This document shows positions 20,182 to 28,665 of a stretch of 64,000 nt of DNA, piece by piece. Within the stretch, counting starts at the first letter, position 1. Every line of letters begins with the position of its first letter. A model generated the notes under the pieces. That model saw nothing but the letters and a program-made list of their open reading frames with translations, made no database searches and was not told where the DNA came from. The translations under genes were made by a program, and so were the position numbers. The stretch comes from Thermoplasmata archaeon (GTDB lineage: Archaea > Thermoplasmatota > Thermoplasmata > Thermoplasmatales > GCA-001856825), in contig JAJYUZ010000002.1 of the NCBI GenBank assembly GCA_021792255.1, forward strand, positions 256,001 to 320,000. Direction: 5' to 3'.

Positions 20182-21130
20182 TATTCAGGTATAGGTCCCT
20201 GTAACAAGAATCTGCCGCTATGGCACCATCAGATGCTGCCACCACTATCTGTGCAAAGGATCCTGCCACGTCTCCTGCAGCATAAACCCTTTCCACATTG
20301 GTCCTGCCGCTTCTGTCTATTTTGATGTACCCTCTGTCTGTAACTTCCACTCCTAGGCTCTTAGAGAGTTCCGATTGAGGTTCCAGTCCAACATAAATGA
20401 ACACACCGTCAAAACTTTCTTCGTATTCCTTGCCATTAATCCTGTCCCTGAATTTTACGGTCTTGACCAGTCTTCCTTCTCCTTTAATTTCAATGACCTG
20501 AACGTTTTGTCTGTAATCAATCCCCATCGACTGTATCTGTTTGACGTACGCGTCTTCACACATGTACCTAGGCATAAATTCAAAGATCTTCACTTCAGAC
20601 ACTATGTTCTTCATAGAAATCGCGGCAATTGCCCCCGAATTTCCTCCTCCTATTACGAGTACCTTCTTGTTCTTGTAGAGCCAACCATCACAGGTGCTGC
20701 AGTACGAGACTCCCTTCCCGTAGTACTCTTTCTCTCCGGGAATGCCTAGGTGTTTGTGTTTCGTTCCAGTAGCGAAAATGATTGCCTTTGAATGGAATTC
20801 TCCCTTCTCGGTTTCCAGCAAAAATCCGTTCTCCTTTCTGATGGAAATTACCATGTTGTTGTCAACTATCTTGGTATAGTTTCGTGCGTGCTCCAGGAAC
20901 TCTTTTGCCAGATCAGTTCCCGCGATCTCGGTGAATCCGAGATAGTTCTCAACTAGAGGTGCTTCCAGCGTCAATCCCCCAGCCGTAGTTCCATCGATCA
21001 CGACGTTAGAGAGTCCTGCTCGAGTCGCATAGACAGCCGCAGAAAGCCCGGCTGCCCCAGCTCCTATAATGACAAGATCAAAGTCTCTTTTTTCTAACTC
21101 TTGTCTCTCTTCTCCTAAGATGAGCTCCAA
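20171..21130 (-). CDS. trxB: Thioredoxin reductase
   Basis: GAGAAGL, CSTC redox motif, GGGNSG, AAGD; probable TTG start at 21130 after GGGGGA (the ORF-track extension overlaps the thermosome gene). Confidence 0.92.
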   Translation of the reverse strand: MELILGEERQELEKRDFDLVIIGAGAAGLSAAVYATRAGLSNVVIDGTTAGGLTLEAPLVENYLGFTEIAGTDLAKEFLEHARNYTKIVDNNMVISIRKENGFLLETEKGEFHSKAIIFATGTKHKHLGIPGEKEYYGKGVSYCSTCDGWLYKNKKVLVIGGGNSGAIAAISMKNIVSEVKIFEFMPRYMCEDAYVKQIQSMGIDYRQNVQVIEIKGEGRLVKTVKFRDRINGKEYEESFDGVFIYVGLEPQSELSKSLGVEVTDRGYIKIDRSGRTNVERVYAAGDVAGSFAQIVVAASDGAIAADSCYRDLYLNNAR

Positions 21131-21143
21131 TAGGAATCCCCCT

Positions 21144-22793
21144 TTACATCGGAGGCATTCCGCCCATACCTTCAGGGCCACCCATTCCCGGAGGCATGCC
21201 TCCAGGCGGGCCCTCGCTCTTTGATTTCCTAGATGAGATTACGTCGTCAATCCTCAGTATCATTGTTGCGACTTCGGTTGCGCTTTCGATAGCGTGACTC
21301 TTCACTCTGACCGGCTCTAATACGTTCTTCTTGAAGAGATCGCCGACAGTTCCGTCCATCGCATCAATTCCCACATTCTTGTTTCCTGTCTGGTGTTCCG
21401 ATCTCAGTTTGAGCAGCGAATCAATTGGATCCATACCTGCGTTTTCAGCCAGAGTTCTAGGGACTATCTCGAGTGCATTTGCGAATGTTTCAATGGCCAG
21501 CTGCTCTCTTCCGCCCACAGTCGGGGCATACTTCTTTAGTTGATACGCTAGCTCTGCCTCTATCGCTCCTCCACCCGTCACAAAAGATTGATCCTCAATT
21601 GCCACACCTACTACCTTGAGTGCGTCGTGGAGTGCCCTTTCAACTTCGTCTATAGTGTGCTGCGTCCCTCCCCTTATAAGAATTGAAACCGCTTTAGGAT
21701 ACTTGCATCCGGTGATGAAAGTCAACTTGTCGTCCCCAATCTTTCTCTCCTCGGTCTTCTCTGCGTTTCCCAGATCTTTCGAAGTAAGATCATCAAGATT
21801 TGTAACGATCTTTGCCCCAGTTGCTTTTGCAATCTTTTCCATATCGCTCTTCTTGACTCTCCTGACCGCATATATGCCTTCCTTTGCAAGGAAGTGCTGT
21901 GCAAGATCGTCAACTCCCTTCTGGCTCATTAGAACGTTTGCGCCAGACTTCTTGACTTTATCTACCATCGCCCTGAGGGTTTCTTCTTCTTGGTCGAGGA
22001 ATGCCTGAATCTTGGATGGATCCGTAATTTGAACCTTGGCATCGATCTCAGTTTTCTTGATTTCCAGACCGGAATCGATAAGTGCTATCTTAGAGCTCTT
22101 AACTTCATTCGGCATTCTCGGATGAACCTTTTCTTTGTCTATGACAACTCCTTCTATTAGCTCAGAATCTGTGATTCCTCCCCCGAACTTTTTCTGGATG
22201 AGTATGTTGTCAACATCCACAATCTTTTTTCCGTCTCTCTCTTCGACGATACTCTTGACAGCCTTCATTGCCATCTTTGCAAGAAAATCGGTCACACCAC
22301 CAACGTTCTTTCCTGTCATAGCGGTCAGTGCAACGTTCTTAAGAACTTCATCACTAATTTTCTTCTCAGATATGCTAGACAGAATCTCAGCGGTCTTATT
22401 GGACGCCAACTTATATCCGTTGGCTATGACGGTTGGATGGACGTTCTGATCTAGTAATAGCTCAGCCTGTTTCAGTAATTCTCCGGCAATAACCACTGCA
22501 GTAGTCGTACCATCTCCCACTTCTTGATCCTGTCCTTTTGCAATTTCAATAATCATTTTTGCGGTGGGATGATCGACATCCATCTGCTTCATTATGGTAG
22601 CCCCATCATTAGATATGGTAATATCTCCCAGCGAATCTACTAACATCTTGTCCATTCCTTTCGGGCCAAGTGCCGATTTGACTGTATCTGCAATAGCCTT
22701 GGCGGCCTCAATATTATTTCTTTGAGCATCTTTTCCAGATTCCCTGGTCGAACCTTCTTTCAAAACTAGGATAGGGATTTGTCCCGATAACAT
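21144..22793 (-). CDS. thsA: Thermosome (group II chaperonin) subunit
   Basis: LGPKGMDKML, NDGATI, GDGTTT, GGGAIE and GGM-rich tail; alpha versus beta assignment tentative. Confidence 0.95.
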   Translation of the reverse strand: MLSGQIPILVLKEGSTRESGKDAQRNNIEAAKAIADTVKSALGPKGMDKMLVDSLGDITISNDGATIMKQMDVDHPTAKMIIEIAKGQDQEVGDGTTTAVVIAGELLKQAELLLDQNVHPTVIANGYKLASNKTAEILSSISEKKISDEVLKNVALTAMTGKNVGGVTDFLAKMAMKAVKSIVEERDGKKIVDVDNILIQKKFGGGITDSELIEGVVIDKEKVHPRMPNEVKSSKIALIDSGLEIKKTEIDAKVQITDPSKIQAFLDQEEETLRAMVDKVKKSGANVLMSQKGVDDLAQHFLAKEGIYAVRRVKKSDMEKIAKATGAKIVTNLDDLTSKDLGNAEKTEERKIGDDKLTFITGCKYPKAVSILIRGGTQHTIDEVERALHDALKVVGVAIEDQSFVTGGGAIEAELAYQLKKYAPTVGGREQLAIETFANALEIVPRTLAENAGMDPIDSLLKLRSEHQTGNKNVGIDAMDGTVGDLFKKNVLEPVRVKSHAIESATEVATMILRIDDVISSRKSKSEGPPGGMPPGMGGPEGMGGMPPM

Positions 22794-22848
22794 CTAAATT
22801 TCACCCTAAAACGGTAATTCGTTCTTCTATATAAATGTTGTAAGCTCA

Positions 22849-22897
22849 GGTTCTGTTAATATGACGGTTGATAAATTTGGTTGTAAATTTTCGGTTG
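22849..22897 (+). repeat. Degenerate 49-bp direct repeat, copy 1 (possible IS end relic)
   Basis: ggttctgttaa...tggttgtaaattttcggttg matches 27910-27958 at 36/49; lies at the left edge of the island. Confidence 0.5.
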
Positions 22898-23039
22898 GTG
22901 AAAAGTGCAAAAGGAAACACAATTTGATTCTAAAGATAGGAGGGGCAACAAAGTGCGTATAAATCTATCAGAAACAAAAAGTCAGGGGCTTGAGTGTGAT
23001 GTCTGCCGTTTTCACGACCGAATAATCAGGATGCACCTT

Positions 23040-23432
23040 TCATGACTTCGAACTTAGAGTATGTTCCTTGGCCCTCACTAAATGTTTCAGTTTTATGAAA
23101 TATAATATAGCAGTCAGTATACTGCCGACAATCATAGATATCTGAAATGCAGCCATAAAATGCTCTCCACCTACTACTTGTGGTGTATCGAAAATTTTGG
23201 GGTTTCCGTTGTAGATCACGGGAAGCTCCCAATAAGCATGGAAATATGTCTCAAGAATGTAATTCACTCCTGGAAGATAGCTGTAATGAGGAGGGCCTAA
23301 CCCAGTTGTATAGACGAAGTCCCACAGTGCCACCAGATAGTACAAGATAGCTCCCTCTACGACTGCAAAGATAACAGTAACACTTACTATTTTATGAGAG
23401 CTTTTCATAGTGTCAAGAGCCTGAGCTCCCAT
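23040..23432 (-). CDS. Small membrane protein downstream of the G1 peptidase
   Basis: Two TM segments around an aromatic-rich loop; overlaps the peptidase stop. Confidence 0.65.
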   Translation of the reverse strand: MGAQALDTMKSSHKIVSVTVIFAVVEGAILYYLVALWDFVYTTGLGPPHYSYLPGVNYILETYFHAYWELPVIYNGNPKIFDTPQVVGGEHFMAAFQISMIVGSILTAILYFIKLKHLVRAKEHTLSSKS

Positions 23433-24711
23433 ATAAGTTATACTTGGAGTTTACCCATGTCATATTCGGTTCCATATATCCGCTTTGAGTCGTGATTGCA
23501 TCATTTATGTTTTGATTCACATTTCCCCACGATTGATTTAGTATGTATTTGTTGTAATATCCATTGTTCAGCAATGTGTTAAGGTTGCTATAGCCATTAA
23601 TAGTCAGGACTGATGGTGAAACAAAGGTAACTGCAGGACTAAATACGGCCAGTTGTGAGATTACATAGATCCCAGATCCGGCTTGATCCGTTTCCGGTGT
23701 TTCTATAATATACTGTGCATACTTAGGCGAATTGTAATATGGAGTGGTAACAGTGTAGGTGTAATAATTGTTCAGAGTAATAGCGACATATGTCGCGATA
23801 TCATTCGAATTGTAGACTATTGAAAATTCTATGCTTGTTCCACTTGAAGGAGCTGGCATTCCAGGATACCCCCCGGAGTAGGCAGGCGATGTTCCATTAG
23901 ACCAAGTCTGGTACCATATAGTATATGCACCCCAGTTATATCCTCCAGTCCATGAATCATACCAGAAGATTCTTTGGAATCCCGTTTGTACTATGTTTGT
24001 AGCATTAGAATTGCTTGGATCGCTGCCTCCAACATATGGAGAGATGCCGATCCATCCGTTCATTGCTTCATTATATCCCGATGGATGGGAAGAAAGTGTT
24101 ATAGAAGGGATCGTAAGGGAAGCAGTATTCTGTGTTATAGAATAACTTGGATCGTAACACTCATATCCAGCCCAGTTTTCGTTGTATTGGGTGGTTGAAG
24201 AGTATACAATTGGCCCCACTGAGATTTCTGGACCGTAGACTGTCTCATTCAAAGAGGAGTATCCGTAGGTATAACAAGTCTGATTTACGTTCCCTTGTAC
24301 AGTCATAACAAGATAAACGTTGTAACTTTGGTTCACAAAGTCATAGCTTTCTCCTTGAGTAAAGTAGATTTCATTATACTGTTCGTAGGAATTATAACCT
24401 TCCTGAAAGACGGCGCTATTCTCGATGTCGTGAAGAGCTTCTATAGAATCTCTCTCCAACGCACTAAGGGAATTGCTATATTTGAAATTCCACTCGTGAC
24501 TTACTGCCACTTCTTCTATTGCCAGTACACTAGAATTTGTAACGCCATCAGAAAGCGAATTGAAATTCAGTAGCGCATTGTAAGAAGTTGAATGTAGCCC
24601 ACCCTGTACACCTTCGGTACTGCCGAGCAATGAAACATTGACAGAAAGCATGACTAAAGAAATAAAAATGCTTATCATCACTTTCTTCTTGAAATTTTTC
24701 ATATTATCCAT
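23413..24711 (-). CDS. Secreted glutamic peptidase (G1/eqolisin, Peptidase_A4-like) with prodomain
   Basis: Signal/anchor peptide, NENWAGY, WIGI, IVQTG (catalytic Q), AQYIIETP (catalytic E); many N-x-S/T sequons. Confidence 0.75.
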   Translation of the reverse strand: MDNMKNFKKKVMISIFISLVMLSVNVSLLGSTEGVQGGLHSTSYNALLNFNSLSDGVTNSSVLAIEEVAVSHEWNFKYSNSLSALERDSIEALHDIENSAVFQEGYNSYEQYNEIYFTQGESYDFVNQSYNVYLVMTVQGNVNQTCYTYGYSSLNETVYGPEISVGPIVYSSTTQYNENWAGYECYDPSYSITQNTASLTIPSITLSSHPSGYNEAMNGWIGISPYVGGSDPSNSNATNIVQTGFQRIFWYDSWTGGYNWGAYTIWYQTWSNGTSPAYSGGYPGMPAPSSGTSIEFSIVYNSNDIATYVAITLNNYYTYTVTTPYYNSPKYAQYIIETPETDQAGSGIYVISQLAVFSPAVTFVSPSVLTINGYSNLNTLLNNGYYNKYILNQSWGNVNQNINDAITTQSGYMEPNMTWVNSKYNLYGSSGS

Positions 24712-25195
24712 CCAAAATGACTATATTTCCATATCACTTAACCTTACCGGAGAATTAATTCAAAATAAGTGAATTAACTACCTTTAATCACTTAAAGTCG
24801 ACAAAAAGTTGTAAATATCGCTTCCTAAGACAATGGGTTTATTCAGACACACTTTTAGACTCTATAGTGTCGGGTTAAATCTTAAATGGTTTAGCAGGAA
24901 TATTCTTTGCAGATCGTTAGAATTTGATATTTAGTACTCGCTTTCTGGGACTACAACTATCACCATTTTGTTATCACTAATTTGGACTGAAGGAAAAGCA
25001 ACGGTTGAATTGGACGATTGAAGTTAAAGATAACAAAATGGTGATAGTAATAACTCTTGAAATTACTTAGTTGATAGCCCTTAGCTCGTAACTTTGAGTT
25101 GATGGCTCTAAGCAGGTACTCTATTTTTCTAGGAACTTTGGAAAAATGAAAGAATTGAAAAAGAAATAAATAAAGTATAAAAATGAATCTTATCG

Positions 25196-27047
25196 TCAGG
25201 TCTTTATGTCTAGTAAGAAGCCGTTATCTATGAAATCATTAACCCCGTTTGTCACCACATCAAACACTTTGATTTGTTTTTCGACCATACTCACGGTAGA
25301 AACGTTAACCCAAGTGTTATTTACTGGATTGAACAGTTGATCTCCAACAGTGAGATTTTCAGGGTTTTTCAGCCAACCCGTAAAGGTGGAGTTTCTGATG
25401 TAAATGGGTTGATCAGTTGGGGTCAATAACAATGCGCCGCCATTTACGATTACCTCTTGAGATACTTCTGTCTTGTTGTTAAATAGAAGAGTTCCTATGA
25501 ACATACTTCCATTTTGAAGATTATACTCTTCAACTTTTCCCCCCTGTTTCAGGTCTTGAATTGGTATATAACCGTTTGGCGTCAGGATTAGACTTCCCCA
25601 GGCAACACAGCCTCCTCCAGAAGTAGAGACATCAACATAGAATTGACTTTGTGTGACGGAATAGTCATCAGTTACCGACATTGTAAGTCGATAACTTCCA
25701 GTGCTTGCACTACTCGGAACCTCAATATTGACGTAGAAAGAGAATGGCGGAGACCCGCTTGAAGGCACAAAGCCATAAGTCCAGCCATTAGGGAGGTTTA
25801 CCATACTGAGAAAGACATCACTGCCTCCACTATACGCCTGGTAGGTATTTCCATATATCTCGACGCCTGAGCCAGGAGAGACAGCTGTAGAACCTAGGTA
25901 GCCCGCGCCAAGATCCACTCCGATAGTGGACAAGAACCATTCATTGGCAATAGTTACATCGTTTCCGCTCGTTAGGACTCTAGTTGTGATATTTGATGGC
26001 AGCGGACCCGTAGAAAAGGCTGACCAACCAGATTCCGTATTCCCAGTAAAATTAAAGTTCCAATACGGCCAGTACTGAGTTGTGGTATCGTACACCTCTT
26101 CCCAGTCCGTGTAATCATAATATCCATCATACGTTGACTGTGCTACGAATTCAGTCCCTCCTGTATGATACCACTTTATAAAGATAGGATAGGGATTTAC
26201 GCCTTGTCCTGTGTATGCTGAAAACTCTACTGTGCCATTGCTATTCGTGCTCATTACAAAGGTATAATATTGGTTTTCTTCAAGGTTGTAAGCGTCAGGA
26301 TTGTAGACATAAGTTTGATTGGTCCATCCAACGGACCAAGTTAGCCCCCAAGAACCATAATCTCCAGAGAAACCAATCTGGTCATACGCATTGCTGTTAT
26401 CCCAAATGGAGAGGATTACATAATAGAAATCTGTTGGGGCCTGAATTCGATTCTGGGGTTAATATGGTGACCTGTACCTGAGTGAGCGTGGTTGAACCTC
26501 CCCATGATGCCCCTTCCACATATGAAACATTGGAAGAGTATCTAGGAGGAAAAGAGGCAGACGGAAAGCTGGCATTACTAGACACCGAAACTTTGTGCAT
26601 GGTAGGAGGAGGTAGGTTTCCGCTGTACGTACTGGGCGATGTGATATAATACTTGATAATAAGTAAAGTTACTTCTTTAGTACCTGACCATTCAATACCG
26701 ACGTAATTGTCTGGAGAGAGCCAAGTCTTAAGAGATGGGCTCGGTATACCACTGATGGATATAGAATAATTTGTTCCATTCGTTTCAACCACCCAACCCT
26801 TCAATCCCGTACCTGCAGGAGAATATAGGTTGACTCCAAATAATGTAAAACTCACAAAGTGAAAGATGAAAGTTTGTGTGGAAGTGGTATTCCCTCCGAG
26901 GAAAGATAATGCAAGAGTTACATTTTCAGAAAAATAGTTATTGAGATTCGGAGTGGCCCGATCGTTCGAATAAAGCGCTAAGCTCATAGAAGACGTTGCA
27001 GTTATAATAGAAACTATTATCACAAGACTTTTTAAGTTCATGTTCAA
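25196..27047 (-). pseudogene. Secreted G1-like protein with C-terminal Hint domain, split by a +1 frameshift near 26437
   Basis: ORF 26397-27047 carries the signal peptide. The frame of ORF 25196-26254 stays open upstream to 26458 (PTDFYYVILSIWDNSNAYDQIGFSGDYGSWGLTWS). Removing one C from GGCCCCAAC gives a ~616-aa protein. Hint domain 25199-25609 follows TSGGG|C. Confidence 0.75.
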
Positions 27048-27085
27048 ACATCTCCTGCTTTAAATGAGTTGAACACATTTTACCG

Positions 27086-27106
27086 TTTCCCAGACAGTCT
27101 GGGAAA
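27086..27106. promoter_or_regulatory. Palindromic operator, copy 1
   Basis: TTTCCCAGAC-A-GTCTGGGAAA (perfect 10-bp arms) between divergent genes, directly before TATA-like ttaaata. Confidence 0.8.
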
Positions 27107-27137
27107 TCATTAAATACGGTTTATTTCTGGTATAGTT

Positions 27138-27668
27138 GTGAGGAAGGACGGCCTAGTCTTGGTTATCACGATAGGTATCTCTCTTGCGAACTCCATATTC
27201 TCAATAGTTTTCGTTTTGCTAATTCTCACTTCAAATATTCCACCAGTTAAGGGGTCGCCTGGAATGGTAAAGGTACCTGGTTATTCAGTTGCAGCAATTC
27301 CAATTTCAACTGCGGCACTTGGTTGGTTAATTATCTGCTATGAATTGATATCGCATAGAAAGAACGATATTTCGAAGATTCTGAGGAAAAGACTATCAGA
27401 AAAATGGGATAACCGAGCACTGTACGATGCATTTAGGGGGAGGGGCGGACCGAGAAGGCTTTCAATAATGGAGAGCTTGGGTACACCGAAGATGAGAAAT
27501 GAAATAGCCCAGCTCACTGGCACTGACTGGAAAGAGGTCGATAGGAATATAAGAATTCTTGAGTCAATTGATTTAGTAAGAATACAATACAACCACGGCA
27601 CGGTATCAGTATACGAATTAACTGGTAAAGGAAAAGAGTTCCTGAACCTTGTCGAAACAGAGATTTAG
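27138..27668 (+). CDS. Membrane-anchored (2 TM) ArsR-like wHTH regulator
   Basis: Two hydrophobic helices, then FRGRGGPRRLSIMESL..PKMRNEIAQLTGTDWKEVDRNIRILES..LV...YELTGKG. Confidence 0.8.
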   Translation: MRKDGLVLVITIGISLANSIFSIVFVLLILTSNIPPVKGSPGMVKVPGYSVAAIPISTAALGWLIICYELISHRKNDISKILRKRLSEKWDNRALYDAFRGRGGPRRLSIMESLGTPKMRNEIAQLTGTDWKEVDRNIRILESIDLVRIQYNHGTVSVYELTGKGKEFLNLVETEI

Positions 27669-27909
27669 GCTCGGGCGTTTCGTTAAGGGGTTTCGCACGC
27701 TACTCTGTCACCTCCATTTGTTCGCTTTGAATGTACATTGTTGTAAGGGCCCAAGTGCAAGTCTTATGATAATCTAGACAACGGAGGATCTTTAGGTACT
27801 GCGCAACATACTTCTCTATTACCGTATCTTAATACAAACTTACTCAGCTCTTATCTCATAAGTTGATTTCCTATTAAATTAAGGGTGATACATGTCACAC
27901 CCGAAACAG

Positions 27910-27958
27910 GGTTCTGTTAACTTGCTGGATGCTGGACATGGTTGTTAATTATCGGATG
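27910..27958 (+). repeat. Degenerate 49-bp direct repeat, copy 2 (possible IS end relic)
   Basis: ggttctgttaacttgctggatgctggacatggttgttaattatcggatg matches 22849-22897. Confidence 0.5.
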
Positions 27959-28338
27959 CTACCAAAGACATTAAAATTCGGATCTTAACCATAGAAACTA
28001 AGACAAGGCACTGGTTTAAATCATCAAAGATGTTTTGATTTTTAGACCAATTTTAAGAAAGGCAAATAATGAGCTCATCAGAAAGAGACCAATTTCTAAA
28101 GAAGAGTGATTCGTTGGTTTTGGCAGAGTTAGGAATATCAGCCTATAGGTCCCTAGTATTTACCGTCGTAAATCTCTCAATCACTATTTCAACAGCAAAG
28201 TCTTCACTGATGACTGGAACTGCGACAACATTTCTAACCATTCCTCTCGTATTCGATTTACTTGTTATTTCCTTTTGACGAGCACTAAGAGAGATAATTA
28301 GACTGAATGCTAAAACTGATTGATTTCTTCTTGTTGGC

Positions 28339-28650
28339 TTAACTGTAGCTAATTCTGCGATGTATCACTAGGACTACACCAGTTGCAGGGAGCAGGAATA
28401 TCAAGAAATCTAAAAATAATGCGAGAAAATCTATAACCCCTATGGTAAAGATAGCGTGATTGCCTTGATAAATTCCCCAAGCATAAGGAAAAGGAAAACC
28501 TCTCTGCCAGGTTGTCCAGAGAATCCCGGCTGTATGAACTACTTTAAAGTAGAGATAGCTGAGCAATGTTAGTCCCACTGAGATTAGAACAGAATATATG
28601 GTCAGCAAGAATGCCCTCCTATACTCTGTTTTTATCATTTTAACCTCCAC
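28339..28650 (-). CDS. Small membrane protein downstream of the S53-Hint gene
   Basis: TM, then RGFPFPY loop, then TM; Shine-Dalgarno-like AGGAGG just upstream. Confidence 0.7.
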   Translation of the reverse strand: MEVKMIKTEYRRAFLLTIYSVLISVGLTLLSYLYFKVVHTAGILWTTWQRGFPFPYAWGIYQGNHAIFTIGVIDFLALFLDFLIFLLPATGVVLVIHRRISYS

Positions 28651-28665
28651 GCCTCCTTTAATCTC

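Noticed and set aside
21144-21215. GC-rich GGM/PPG low-complexity repeat
   Set aside because: Ordinary chaperonin C-terminal tail
28069-28278. 69-aa ORF between the Hint modules
   Set aside because: No motifs or clear signals; the opposite frame is also interrupted
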